From positions 1-37,436 of the forward strand of contig JAZQRT010000095.1 in assembly GCA_045629725.1 (NCBI GenBank): DNA of 37,436 nt, written 5' to 3'. The notes beneath the pieces are model-generated. The model had not been told where the DNA came from. It saw only the letters and a program-made list of their open reading frames with translations, and ran no database searches. The translations under genes and the position numbers were made by a program. Of the stretch, positions 1-9,918 are shown piece after piece; position 1 is the stretch's first letter, and each line of letters begins with the position of its first letter. This stretch comes from Eubacteriales bacterium (GTDB taxonomy: Bacteria; Bacillota; Clostridia; Oscillospirales; CAG-272).

Positions 1-1368
1 TGCCTTGTGTGTCATATAAAGGTCTGTCTTTGCGATGCACTCCCAAGGAGCGTGCATTGAAAGTACGGGAACACCGAGGTCAACAACGTCGATATTCTTT
101 TCGGAGATGTAAACAGCAACTGTTCCTCCGCCGCCCTGGTCAACCTTACCAAGCTCACCTGTCTGCCATACGATACCTTCCTTTTCGAAGATAGCGCGTA
201 CAAATCCAACGAACTCAGCGTTTGCATCGTTTGTGCTGCCCTTACCGCCGGAGCCTGTGTACTTTGTAAGAACTACACCGCCGTTAAGAGTACAAGCGTT
301 GTTCTTTTCGTGAACCTCGGGGTAGCAGGGGTCATAAGCTGCGTTAACGTCTGCGGAAAGGCACTTGGAGTTTGCTTTAACAACGTTTACGTTAGCGCCG
401 AGCTGCTTGGAGATCTCGTCGATAATGTCAATGAAGATACCGCTCTTCATACCGGAATTTCCACCGGAGCCAACCTCTTCCTTGTCGGCAAGGATAGCCA
501 TTACTGTGTGTGCGGAAGCGTCGGACTCAAGAAGCGCTGTGATCGCGGGATATGAGCAAACTCTGTCATCATGTCCGTAAGCACCGATGAGTGAACGGTC
601 AAGACCGATCTCACGAGCCTTGAATGCGGGTACGACCTCAAGCTCTGCGGAAATGAAATCAGCTTCAACGATTCCGTACTTCTCATTGAGAAGCTTCATA
701 AGTGCAAGCTTAACGCCCTCACCGCCTGCTTCGGGAAGGGGAAGTGTTCCTGCCATAAGATTGAGCTTTTCGCCGTTGATAACTTCTCTTGCATTCTTTG
801 CCATCTGGTCCTTCGCAAGGTGGGGAAGAAGGTCGCTTATGTAGAATACAGGATCGGAATCGTCCTCACCGATAATAATATCAACGCTTGTTCCGTCAGC
901 CTTTACAACTGTTCCGTGGAGTGCAAGGGGAGTTGCAACCCACTGATATTTTTTAACGCCGCCGTAGTAGTGTGTCTTGAGGTATCCAACGCCGTTATCC
1001 TCGTAAAGGGGATGGGGCTTAAGGTCAAGTCTAGGGGAGTCGATATGTGAAGCGGAAATTCTGATACCTTCTTCAACGCTCTCTGTACCGATTCTGAAAA
1101 CATAGATCGCTCTGCCGCGGTTATTGTAATAATACTTTCCGCCAACCTCGATCTTATCACCGAGCTTATAGTTGCGGTAGCCCTGGGCTTCAACCATCTT
1201 AATGGTGTAGTCTACGCACTCTCTTTCGGTTTTACCGCCGTCAAGGAATGCCATATATCCCTTAGCATACTCGTCAGATGCAGCAAAATCTGCCTCTGTC
1301 ATAACCTCATAGGTCTTAACTCTTTTGTAAAGTAATTTTTCCTTGAGTTCTTTGATTGCATCGCTCAT
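1..1368 (-). CDS. M18 family aminopeptidase (aspartyl aminopeptidase-like), 3' end cut by window edge
   Basis: Absent from the ORF track because it has no stop in the window. Manual translation from ATG 1368 (GGAGG RBS upstream) gives MSDAIKELKEKLL... with M18 motifs SHIDSPRLDLKP, THYYGGVKKYQW, GHDDRVCSY, DKEEVGS, LSADV and SMHAP. Confidence 0.93.
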   Translation of the reverse strand, partial: MSDAIKELKEKLLYKRVKTYEVMTEADFAASDEYAKGYMAFLDGGKTERECVDYTIKMVEAQGYRNYKLGDKIEVGGKYYYNNRGRAIYVFRIGTESVEEGIRISASHIDSPRLDLKPHPLYEDNGVGYLKTHYYGGVKKYQWVATPLALHGTVVKADGTSVDIIIGEDDSDPVFYISDLLPHLAKDQMAKNAREVINGEKLNLMAGTLPLPEAGGEGVKLALMKLLNEKYGIVEADFISAELEVVPAFKAREIGLDRSLIGAYGHDDRVCSYPAITALLESDASAHTVMAILADKEEVGSGGNSGMKSGIFIDIIDEISKQLGANVNVVKANSKCLSADVNAAYDPCYPEVHEKNNACTLNGGVVLTKYTGSGGKGSTNDANAEFVGFVRAIFEKEGIVWQTGELGKVDQGGGGTVAVYISEKNIDVVDLGVPVLSMHAPWECIAKTDLYMTHKA

Positions 1369-1409
1369 GATTAATTCCTCCGTTTATTTTTAAAAAATTA
1401 ATTTATATT

Positions 1410-2105
1410 TTATTTACTTGCATTAGCAAGTTTATACTTAAGATAGTAGTAGTTTACCCGATTAACGTAATTTTTGGTTTCCGTGAAGGGTATTTTTTCA
1501 ATGATAAGCTTGTTTTCTCTCACGTATTCCGGAGTCTTAAGCCACTTGTTTACGTTTCCGTAGCCTGCATTGTAGGCGGCGTGGGCGTGATTCCAATCCT
1601 CGTACATATCGTACATTCTCTTAAGGTAGTATGTACAGATATCAATGTTGACAGCGGGATCAAAAAGGTCCTCCTCACGGTATTCAAGTCCCAAACGATT
1701 GCACTGACTTTTATAGGTGGACGGAAGCATCTGCATTAGTCCTCGTGCATCTGCCGCGGATACAGCATCCTTTTTGAAATTGCTTTCCACCTTTATAACG
1801 GCGTAGATGCGTTCTTCTTCAATACCGTATTTTTCTGCGGCTGCCTTTACCTCTGCTGCATACAGTGTAGGGTATTCGGAGGAGCCTCGGTTATTTTCGG
1901 TTTCGGTATGAGTCGATTCGGGTACAGAAGGTGCTTCGGGAAAAATTTCCGGTAATATCTCCGGCAATATCTCTGAAATGTCGCCTCCTAAATGAGTGGT
2001 CATCATAGCAGAAAAAGCAAAGATAAAAACGAACGCGACAACAAGAATGGACACCGCAAGGTCGGCGTAATTGAATATTTTAATTTTTTTATCAATTTTA
2101 CTCAA
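1410..2105 (-). CDS. Membrane-anchored lytic transglycosylase (Slt domain)
   Basis: N-terminal TM helix; motifs VIKVESNF (catalytic Glu), GLMQML, AAYNAG, ETKNYV. The coaE-slt pairing is common in Clostridia. Confidence 0.92.
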   Translation of the reverse strand: MSKIDKKIKIFNYADLAVSILVVAFVFIFAFSAMMTTHLGGDISEILPEILPEIFPEAPSVPESTHTETENNRGSSEYPTLYAAEVKAAAEKYGIEEERIYAVIKVESNFKKDAVSAADARGLMQMLPSTYKSQCNRLGLEYREEDLFDPAVNIDICTYYLKRMYDMYEDWNHAHAAYNAGYGNVNKWLKTPEYVRENKLIIEKIPFTETKNYVNRVNYYYLKYKLANASK

Positions 2106-2111
2106 TTATAT

Positions 2112-2693
2112 TTACCTCGTCAAAATTTTTTTCAATTTATCTGTTATGTCTTCTTCTCCGTTGTTGTATATAATGTGATCGCTGATTTTCTCATATTCTT
2201 CCATGGAAAGCTGATTGGAAATTCTCCGTTTTGCGTCTTCAAGACAGATACCGTCCCTTGAAAGTATTCTTTCAAGGCGTATATCCTCTCGTGCTGAAAC
2301 TGTGATTATAAGGTCAAAATCAGAGATCATACCTGATTCAATAATTTGAGGAATATCTGCAAAAGCGGCAGAATGCCCTTCTTTTTCCATTATATCAAAC
2401 CAATTAAGGATATATTCCCGCACCCTTTTATGGACAGTTAAATTAAGCCTTTTCAAAGCCTCGGGATTTGAAAATACGATCGCTCCAAGGGCCTTGCGGT
2501 TTATCTCACCGTCTGAAATTATATCATTTCCGAAAATATCCGCAAGGGTGGAGATAAGCTCCTTGTCCTCTCGGTAAAGTGTATGAACAACACGGTCAGT
2601 GTCAAGAACGGGAAGACCGAAGTTCGAGCATATTATGCTTGAAACATATCCCTTTCCGACTCCGCTGGGACCGCAAAGTGCGAATTTTTTCAT
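2112..2693 (-). CDS. coaE: Dephospho-CoA kinase
   Basis: P-loop GPSGVGKG, DTD, INRKALGAIVF, RLERILSRDG, RRISNQ. Confidence 0.93.
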   Translation of the reverse strand: MKKFALCGPSGVGKGYVSSIICSNFGLPVLDTDRVVHTLYREDKELISTLADIFGNDIISDGEINRKALGAIVFSNPEALKRLNLTVHKRVREYILNWFDIMEKEGHSAAFADIPQIIESGMISDFDLIITVSAREDIRLERILSRDGICLEDAKRRISNQLSMEEYEKISDHIIYNNGEEDITDKLKKILTR

Positions 2694-2727
2694 AATACAC
2701 CCCCGAGCTCATTTCCTACCAATCTAA

Positions 2728-2756
2728 AGTATAGTACATTTTTCTTTTTTTGTCAA
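2728..2756 (-). promoter_or_regulatory. SigmaA-type promoter of coaE-slt(-aminopeptidase)
   Basis: Minus strand TTGACA-17 nt-TATACT. Confidence 0.75.
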
Positions 2757-2873
2757 TAGTCGGTAAAAAATTACGGAAAGACTCTTTTGATTAAAATGAA
2801 AATAATCAGTGCCCCTATCGGTGAATAACCAACAGAGGCACATTTGCATATTAATTTTTTCTGCTTTCAAAAT

Positions 2874-2983
2874 AGATCCCGCTTTCAGCGCTCTTTCAAA
2901 GTTCGACTTCGTCTGCCCGTGTCATTCTGAACGTAGCGGAGTCGAACCGCAAGGTAACGCCGAGCAGAGCGATGCTGGAATCT
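2874..2983. repeat. REP-like imperfect palindromic intergenic element
   Basis: GTTCGACTTCG (2901-2911) pairs with CGGAGTCGAAC (2937-2947); outer ends AGATCC...GGAATCT; GC-rich patch in an AT-rich spacer. Confidence 0.5.
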
Positions 2984-3024
2984 TGGGCAGACTCCTCTCG
3001 GGCTGACACACAAATCTCTTTATT

Positions 3025-3068
3025 AAAGTTTTTTAAGGGTTGGGAAAACTTTTTACAAAAAGTTTCCA
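3025..3068 (+). repeat. AAAGTTTTT...AAACTTTTT-ACAAAAAGTTT palindromic element (may also terminate the DHHW gene)
   Basis: Hairpin GGAAAACTTTTT/AAAAAGTTTCC; a related copy lies at 35027-35066. Confidence 0.5.
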
Positions 3069-3077
3069 GAGAAAATG

Positions 3078-4229
3078 TCAGTTGTTTCTAAGAGTATAAA
3101 GCTTGCCCGAGGTGTCAAAAACGCCCTGTGCGCCCATAAGGAAGATGACCTTAGAGATATTTTCTTCTTCAATAAGAGAGGTAAGGCTGTTTTTGAGAAT
3201 GGTGTGATAGCGTGTGTCGATCATCACGATATTGTAATGACGGGCAAGGAAGGGGGCAACGGCATGGGAGAAGCTATCCTTGATAAGAAGGATGGTTTCG
3301 GTGTTGGAGGGCGAGGTTATTTCGATCTTACCGTTTACCGTACTTGTAACGAATGCGGAATATTTGTCCTTGGTATCAAGAGCTGAAAGATCATAAAGCC
3401 CTGTTTGGGTTTTCTTGCCGTTGATTGTGACGGTGTAATCGGAGTCACCCTTAAATCGGAAAAGCTCAAGATCATCGGGAGAGATAAAGGGAATTCCCGC
3501 AAAGGACCAAGTCGTGCCGTAAAATTCAGTTGAGGCAACCTCACGGGTAAACTCGGAAAGAGCATAGGGGGTGCCGCCAAGGGATGTTATAAGCTCGCAG
3601 TAAACGTAGTAAGCTCCGAGAGAGGTGAGGTGGTGGTCGGTCTTATAGTAGATATATTCCGAGGAATGCTCGGAAAGGGTGGGGTAAAGGTCAATATTCG
3701 ACACATTTTCGGGAAGATTGTTACCGAGAATGGTGTAAAATTTGTTGATCTGTGCTACAGGATAAGATTTTGGCAGGTAGCTTGAAAGGACGTAGGAGCT
3801 TGTGGGGACGAAAGCCGTGTAGACCTGAGCATCAGTTTTTTTGGAAAAAGCATCAATGTGGGAGAGGTTTTCTTTAATGAGTTTTTCGTCGGCGACGCCT
3901 ATATCGGAAATGAGATTGCCGTCCTTTCCAAGAACTATTCCACCCGATTCACCCTTTAAAAGAGCAAGCTCACCAAGGGATTTTATATTTATAAAGGTAT
4001 CGCGGAATGGGAACTGATCGGAGCAATAATCGGAGATCTCCGAGGTATATCCTTCAAAGAATAAAGCCTTGAAGGAAAATTCGGGAAAGGAGGAAAGTGC
4101 TCTGTTTTCATTTTCCGAAAATGTTTTGTCGGGGAGAATGATAAACGCAAGAGAAAGTCCGAAAAACAGAATTATAAAGGCAGATATCAGAACCTTTTGA
4201 GATATTGAAGTTTTCTTTTTGTTATTCAT
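3078..4229 (-). CDS. DHHW-family (AlgX/AlgJ/PatB-like) extracytoplasmic O-acyltransferase partner
   Basis: N-terminal TM helix, SENENRAL, SDQFPFRD, YYKTDHHLT, IKDSFSH; directly downstream of an MBOAT gene. Start moved to ATG 4229, which follows an AAGGA RBS. Confidence 0.85.
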   Translation of the reverse strand: MNNKKKTSISQKVLISAFIILFFGLSLAFIILPDKTFSENENRALSSFPEFSFKALFFEGYTSEISDYCSDQFPFRDTFINIKSLGELALLKGESGGIVLGKDGNLISDIGVADEKLIKENLSHIDAFSKKTDAQVYTAFVPTSSYVLSSYLPKSYPVAQINKFYTILGNNLPENVSNIDLYPTLSEHSSEYIYYKTDHHLTSLGAYYVYCELITSLGGTPYALSEFTREVASTEFYGTTWSFAGIPFISPDDLELFRFKGDSDYTVTINGKKTQTGLYDLSALDTKDKYSAFVTSTVNGKIEITSPSNTETILLIKDSFSHAVAPFLARHYNIVMIDTRYHTILKNSLTSLIEEENISKVIFLMGAQGVFDTSGKLYTLRNN

Positions 4230-4243
4230 AATTCCGTCCTTTC

Positions 4244-5677
4244 TTAAAATCTTGAGTAGAGGAATGGGTTGTAGCTTGAGGCGCAAACGTAAGCTATGCA
4301 TACAACAAGGAGAATTATCCCCGCAACAGCGCCGATGGTGCGGGTAACTTCATTCTTGTTTTCAATAAATTTGTTGTAAAGCTTTTTCGGCAGCGGTGTG
4401 GAGGCAAAAGCGGCAATGAGGATAAGGAGCACCGATTTTGAAAGAATGTAAAGCGCGGTGTCGGAGATAAATCCCGATGCTCCGATGCCAAACATATATC
4501 CAAGGTGGGTAAAGCCCTCACCGATATCCGTGAAGCAGAAAAGGAGCCAACCGAAAAGTACGATCAAAAGGGTATAGGTATGGCGAATAAAGGAGGGAGC
4601 CTTTTCGTGGAATTTCTTTAGAAGGTTCTTTTCGATAACAAGGAAGAACCAATAGTAAAGTCCCCAAAATAGGAAGTTCCAGCTTGCGCCGTGCCATATT
4701 CCGGTAAGTGCCCAAACGGCAAAAATATTAAATGCTGCGCGGAATTTTGTTTTAACTCGGCTTCCGCCCAGGGGGATATAAACGTATTCCTTGAACCAAG
4801 TTGAAAGGCTGATGTGCCAACGGCGCCAGAATTCCGTAATGCTTTTTGAGATATAGGGATAATTGAAATTCTCCATAAATTCAAAGCCGAACATACGACC
4901 GATACCGATAGCCATGTCGGAGTATGCAGAGAAGTCAAAGTAAAGCTGGAAGGAATACATAATGACCGCAAGCCAAGCGCCGAGGACGGACTGCTCCGAA
5001 ACGGGGAGGGCAGTAAGGTCTTCAAAAACTGCTCCTGCGGAGTTAGCGATTATCACCTTTTTACCAAATCCCGCAATAAAGGTCTTGATGCCCCTTGTGA
5101 ACATCTCTGCGGAGTGCTCTCTTTGGGAAAGCATATCGTCAATGTCGCGGTATTTAACGATGGGACCCGCAATAAGCTGGGGGAAGAATGTCACGTATGT
5201 GCCGAACATAAGGGGATTGCACTGAACGTCGGCATCGCCTCTGTAAACGTCAATGAGATAGGACATGATCTGGAAGGTGTAAAAGGAAATACCGATAGGA
5301 AGTCCGATTCCGAGTACTGCCTCGCTCATAAAGGAAAGAAAAGGGATCTTCGCAAGGCTTGAAACGATGAAATCGTAGTATTTGAAAAATCCCAAAATTG
5401 AAAGATTAAAGATAACACCGATCACGAGCCATAATTTAGCGCCCTTGGCATCATTTTTTTTCTGTGCTTTTGAAACGAGCAAGCCGAGGGCATAGGTGAC
5501 GAGGATGGATGCCACCATGAGGAAAAGGTATAAGGGCTCGCCCCAACCGTAAAATACAAGGCTGAGAGTGAGCAGAACTACGTTTCTTAATACAAGAAAA
5601 CGCTTGGGAACAGAATAATATAAAATAAGGGTCAGAGGGAAAAACAAAAGGATGAATTCCGAGCTTGAAAAGACCAT
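4244..5677 (-). CDS. MBOAT family O-acyltransferase (AlgI/PatA/DltB-like)
   Basis: LPIGISFYTFQ, FFPQLIAGPI, YFDFSAYSDMAIG, FWRRWHISL, GIWHGA (catalytic His). GGAGG at 5683-5687 favours start 5677 (or 5680). Confidence 0.95.
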   Translation of the reverse strand: MVFSSSEFILLFFPLTLILYYSVPKRFLVLRNVVLLTLSLVFYGWGEPLYLFLMVASILVTYALGLLVSKAQKKNDAKGAKLWLVIGVIFNLSILGFFKYYDFIVSSLAKIPFLSFMSEAVLGIGLPIGISFYTFQIMSYLIDVYRGDADVQCNPLMFGTYVTFFPQLIAGPIVKYRDIDDMLSQREHSAEMFTRGIKTFIAGFGKKVIIANSAGAVFEDLTALPVSEQSVLGAWLAVIMYSFQLYFDFSAYSDMAIGIGRMFGFEFMENFNYPYISKSITEFWRRWHISLSTWFKEYVYIPLGGSRVKTKFRAAFNIFAVWALTGIWHGASWNFLFWGLYYWFFLVIEKNLLKKFHEKAPSFIRHTYTLLIVLFGWLLFCFTDIGEGFTHLGYMFGIGASGFISDTALYILSKSVLLILIAAFASTPLPKKLYNKFIENKNEVTRTIGAVAGIILLVVCIAYVCASSYNPFLYSRF

Positions 5678-5715
5678 CATAACCTCCATATCAACAAATA
5701 ATAAACATCCAAGAG

Positions 5716-5744
5716 ATTATACCACAATCGTAAATCTAATGCAA
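5716..5744 (-). promoter_or_regulatory. SigmaA-type promoter of MBOAT operon
   Basis: TTGCAT-17 nt-TATAAT with extended -10 TG. Confidence 0.65.
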
Positions 5745-5868
5745 TATGTATAAAAAAATTTAATGTATTTCTTAATTTTTTTCTATAATACTATTCCCAA
5801 AAAAAACAAATTGAGATATAATTTAGAATTAGAGAAGATTAGATTAAGAAAATTAAGGAGTTACGGTT

Positions 5869-7692
5869 TTGGTAAGAGAAAATTTAAGAAACATTGCAAT
5901 AATTGCTCACGTAGACCACGGAAAGACCACCCTTGTTGACCAGATGCTCAAGCAGGGCGGAGTATACCGCGAAAATCAGGCAACCTCCGAAAGAGTAATG
6001 GACTCGGGGGATATAGAGAAGGAAAGAGGAATTACAATACTCGCAAAAAATACTGCGGTATATTATAAGGATTATAAAATAAATATAGTAGATACTCCCG
6101 GACACGCTGACTTTGGCGGCGAGGTTGAGCGTATACTCAAGATGGTAAACGGAGTAATACTTCTTGTTGACGCGGCAGAGGGACCCATGCCTCAGACGAG
6201 ATTCGTTCTTCAGAAGGCACTTGAGCTTAACCACAAGGTCATCGTTGTTGTAAATAAGATAGATAAGCCCGATGCAAGACTTGAGGAGGTTGAGGAGGAG
6301 GTTCTTGAGCTTCTTATGGACCTTGATGCAACTGACGAACAGCTTGATTCACCAATGATATTCTGTTCGGGCAGAGCGGGAACGGCATCCTATTCAGCAG
6401 ACGAGGAGGGAAAGGATCTTGCACCTCTTTTTGATACCATCGTTGATTATATGCCCGCTCCCGAGGGTGATCCCGATGCAACACTGCAGTTGCTCGTATC
6501 CTCCATTGACTATAATGATTACGTTGGAAGGATCGGTATCGGACGTGTGGAGAACGGTACGGTAAAGATCGGACAGGACGTTGGAATATGCAATTACCAT
6601 ACCCCCGATGAGCCTGTAAAGCGTACAAAGGTAGTGTCCCTTTTTGAATTCAACGGACTCACAAGAACACCTGTTGAGATAGCATATCCCGGAGATATCG
6701 TTTGCTTCTCGGGTGCTGAAAGCATTACCATCGGTGATACACTCACTTCATTTCAGGATCCTCAGCCGCTCCCCTTTGTAAAGATCAGTGAGCCCACCCT
6801 TGAAATGACTTTTGCGGTAAACGATTCACCCTTTGCAGGTAAGGAGGGTAAATTCGTAACCTCACGTCAGCTTAGAAAAAGACTTTACGACGAGCTTTTA
6901 AAGGACGTTTCATTGAGAGTAAATGACGGAGATACAACTGACAGCTTCAAGGTATGCGGACGAGGCGAAATGCACCTTTCCATTCTTGTTGAAACAATGC
7001 GCCGTGAGGGATATGAGCTTTCCGTATCCGCGCCGCAGGTTATTATGAAGCGTATTGACGGAGTTCTTTGTGAGCCTATGGAGCGACTCTTCATTGACGT
7101 ATCAAACGACTATCTCGGCTCTGTAATGGAAAAGCTCGGAGCAAGAAAAGCGGAGCTTGTCACAATGGATCCCCACGGAAGCCGTGTAAAGCTTGAATAT
7201 ATTATCCCCTCAAGATGCCTTTTCGGATACCGTTCACATTTTCCCACCGACACACACGGAGAGGGAATTATGAACACCCTGTTTGATGGATACGCACCCT
7301 ATAAGGGAGATATCCCCACAAGATTCACAGGCTCTCTTATTGCATCTGAAACAGGTGAAACAACAAGCTACGGTCTTTATAACTCACAGGAGAGAGGCGA
7401 TCTCTTTATCGGACAGGGTATTGACGTATACGAGGGTATGATCGTCGGAGAGAACCCCAAGATGGGAGATATCGCGGTAAACGTATGTAAGAAAAAGCAC
7501 CTCACAGCCATCCGTTCAACGGGTGCGGACGAAGCGCTCAGACTTACAACCCCCAGATCAATGTCACTTGAAGAAGCCATTGAGTTTATAGCCCCCGACG
7601 AGCTTATTGAGGTAACGCCCAAGAATATCCGCCTGAGAAAGAGAATACTTGACAATTCTTTAAGACTCAAGGAACAGTTCAAGCGCAAATAA
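5869..7692 (+). CDS. typA: Translational GTPase TypA/BipA
   Basis: [31 protein letters not shown] and the BipA C-terminus ([11 protein letters not shown]); TTG start after AAGGAG. Confidence 0.98.
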   Translation: MVRENLRNIAIIAHVDHGKTTLVDQMLKQGGVYRENQATSERVMDSGDIEKERGITILAKNTAVYYKDYKINIVDTPGHADFGGEVERILKMVNGVILLVDAAEGPMPQTRFVLQKALELNHKVIVVVNKIDKPDARLEEVEEEVLELLMDLDATDEQLDSPMIFCSGRAGTASYSADEEGKDLAPLFDTIVDYMPAPEGDPDATLQLLVSSIDYNDYVGRIGIGRVENGTVKIGQDVGICNYHTPDEPVKRTKVVSLFEFNGLTRTPVEIAYPGDIVCFSGAESITIGDTLTSFQDPQPLPFVKISEPTLEMTFAVNDSPFAGKEGKFVTSRQLRKRLYDELLKDVSLRVNDGDTTDSFKVCGRGEMHLSILVETMRREGYELSVSAPQVIMKRIDGVLCEPMERLFIDVSNDYLGSVMEKLGARKAELVTMDPHGSRVKLEYIIPSRCLFGYRSHFPTDTHGEGIMNTLFDGYAPYKGDIPTRFTGSLIASETGETTSYGLYNSQERGDLFIGQGIDVYEGMIVGENPKMGDIAVNVCKKKHLTAIRSTGADEALRLTTPRSMSLEEAIEFIAPDELIEVTPKNIRLRKRILDNSLRLKEQFKRK

Positions 7693-7738
7693 GTACATTT
7701 TAAAAAAATAAATATATAAAATCTTAGGAGGGATTTTT

Positions 7739-8608
7739 ATGAAGAAAGAAAAAATAACGACCTATCTTTATGACCTGTTCTATCTTGTTATAGGTTCATT
7801 CCTGTTTGCAATTTCAGTCAATATGTTCCTTGTACAGGCAGAAAACGGAGGAGTTATCCTCGGAGGAGCTACAGGTATTTCAATGATCATCAGCCATTTT
7901 GTTGATGTTCTTCCGATCGGTACACTCATTATTCTCATAAACATTCCTCTGTTTATCGTTTCTTTTATTATGCTTGGTAAGGGCTTTATTTTCAGAACTG
8001 CAGTGGGAATGTTAATGTCCTCGATATTCACCAACATATTTACATTCTTCCCCGTAACGGTAACAGACCCCCTTCTTTGTGCCATCTTTGGCGGCGCAAC
8101 AATGGGAGCGTCCCTTGGACTTATCTATATGAGAGGATATACCACGGGCGGCGGAGATATGCTGGTTATGATTCTGAAAAAGAAAGCGCCCCGTCTTTCA
8201 ACGGGAGCAGCTACCCTTATCGTTGATGCAACCATCGTTACAACAGCCGCAATACTGTTCAAGGATCCCATGGTTATTTTCTATTCTGTGGTGGTAATCT
8301 TCGTTGAATCCAAGGTTATGGACTTTGTGCTTGTGGGCGCAAACAATGCCAAGAGCGTGTATGTCATTTCCGATCACTGCGAGGAAATTGCCGAGGGTAT
8401 TGCTAAGCGCGTTGAGAGAGGTATAACCATCATTGATTGTAAGGGCTGGTATACAGGCAAGGAAAAGAAGATGATCATGTGTGTTATAAGACCCGCCGAG
8501 GTATATGACCTGCGCCATGTGGTTATGGAATCAGACCCCAATGCCTTCATCATATTCTGCGAAGCCTCAAAGGTTGTAGGTAAGGGATTTATTGAAGGAA
8601 AAGAGTAA
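7739..8608 (+). CDS. YitT family membrane protein (DUF2179 C-terminus)
   Basis: GGATGI, GYTTGGGD, multiple TM helices, RGIT..GWYTG, DPNAFI..V.GKGF. Confidence 0.92.
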   Translation: MKKEKITTYLYDLFYLVIGSFLFAISVNMFLVQAENGGVILGGATGISMIISHFVDVLPIGTLIILINIPLFIVSFIMLGKGFIFRTAVGMLMSSIFTNIFTFFPVTVTDPLLCAIFGGATMGASLGLIYMRGYTTGGGDMLVMILKKKAPRLSTGAATLIVDATIVTTAAILFKDPMVIFYSVVVIFVESKVMDFVLVGANNAKSVYVISDHCEEIAEGIAKRVERGITIIDCKGWYTGKEKKMIMCVIRPAEVYDLRHVVMESDPNAFIIFCEASKVVGKGFIEGKE

Positions 8609-8626
8609 AATTTAATTACAGATATT

Positions 8627-8656
8627 AAAATGCTCCCGTAAAAAGGAGCATTTTTG
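8627..8656 (+). terminator. Intrinsic terminator of typA-yitT
   Basis: AAAATGCTCC/GGAGCATTTT stem followed by a T tract. Confidence 0.8.
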
Positions 8657-8672
8657 TTTTAATCTGAAAACT

Positions 8673-8701
8673 CCCCAAGCCTTGAAAAACAAGACTTGGG
8701 G
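8673..8701 (-). terminator. Probable terminator of the island operon
   Basis: CCCCAAG-CTTG...CAAG-CTTGGGG hairpin just past the stop at 8725. Confidence 0.6.
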
Positions 8702-8724
8702 TTATTTTTATGAGGTTATAGGTT

Positions 8725-9897
8725 TTAGATATTATCTATCTTTCTTCTGCGGGGGTATATTACCAGCGCGCCGAGGGTGAGGGAAACGAGCGCCACGGGT
8801 ATGAGGTACAAAGCTTCACCGGTTGAGGGGTTCTTAAGATATTTTTCTCGTTGAGCTTTAAGGTAGGCAATATCCTCCTCTCCGAATTTTGCTATAACTC
8901 TCGGGTCGTTGAGAAAAATTTCAAATTTCGGAGATAGCAACTCATAAGAAAGACCTAAGTGGAAAGTACTGCTATAGAAATAATAAGTGGGGAAATTAAA
9001 TCCCAGTCCATTTCTTATAACATCAGGGTTCGCAAGCTGATATTCTCTTTCGGCTTTCAGATATGCAAGTTTTTCTTCTCCCAATATTTCTGCCACTTCC
9101 GGATTATTAAGGAAGTACTCTACCCACACAGGTTTTAAATCATGTTTTGCGAGTTCTTCTACAGTCATACATTCATGACTATAATTACTATCTGTGTTAG
9201 CAAGTTCCCCGGCAGAAACAATAAATCCATTTTCTAAGCACAGATAACGATCGAAATTTTTATAGGAGTACCTTTGACCTACATAAAGTGTGTTGGAGGC
9301 TCTGTCATCTTCCAAATACAGTATATCAATCAGGAAATCCGGAAGAGCGTACTTACAGAACAAACCGTTTTCACGTCTTGCATAGCCTATGTCACTTTCA
9401 CTTAACATAGGAAACAGTGACAAAATCGAATCCGGTTCTTCTTGCATTTTTTTGTTGGCTGCTATCAATTCTTCCTTCGATATGTCAAAATATTTAATAA
9501 ATTCTCGCAACCAAAAAAAGCTATATTTATATTTATGTCTAAACGTTTCTCTTGCTTCTTCCAATTCGTCACATTTAATATAAAAACCATATCCATGAAA
9601 TGCCTGAGCCAATTTATCGTAGTTATCAATGCTGTCGTTCACTACACAGACAAACACCCTTTCGTATGTCCACTCTTTTGCAATGTCAGTATAAAAAAGA
9701 ACCGTTAAATCTGAAACAAAATCGTCACCAAATATTCCTCCGTCAGGCTGTTCTTCGATATACTCCCTTTTTTTATCCATAAGGTCAGCATATTGGTCAT
9801 AAGTTAATGTGTCTTCGGCATTTGCCGTAAATAATCCAACTGTTGATAACAACATTAAGCTCGTCAAAAATAGGGCTAATATTTTTTTTCTTTTCAT
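8725..9897 (-). CDS. Secreted, probably sortase-anchored hypothetical protein (NPSTG signal) with internal repeat; candidate partner or immunity protein
   Basis: Signal peptide ending ANA; C-terminal NPSTG, hydrophobic helix and RRRK tail; GAGGAGG RBS; starts 21 nt after the M23 gene stop. Confidence 0.8.
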   Translation of the reverse strand: MKRKKILALFLTSLMLLSTVGLFTANAEDTLTYDQYADLMDKKREYIEEQPDGGIFGDDFVSDLTVLFYTDIAKEWTYERVFVCVVNDSIDNYDKLAQAFHGYGFYIKCDELEEARETFRHKYKYSFFWLREFIKYFDISKEELIAANKKMQEEPDSILSLFPMLSESDIGYARRENGLFCKYALPDFLIDILYLEDDRASNTLYVGQRYSYKNFDRYLCLENGFIVSAGELANTDSNYSHECMTVEELAKHDLKPVWVEYFLNNPEVAEILGEEKLAYLKAEREYQLANPDVIRNGLGFNFPTYYFYSSTFHLGLSYELLSPKFEIFLNDPRVIAKFGEEDIAYLKAQREKYLKNPSTGEALYLIPVALVSLTLGALVIYPRRRKIDNI

Positions 9898-9918
9898 TGT
9901 GTGTTACCTCCTCAAAAA

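Noticed and set aside
9-1193. Several short ORFs on both strands
   Set aside because: Shadows of the minus-strand M18 aminopeptidase that the ORF track missed.
2809-3006. 65-aa ORF in the coaE/DHHW spacer
   Set aside because: Runs through the palindromic repeat and lacks an RBS; likely spurious.
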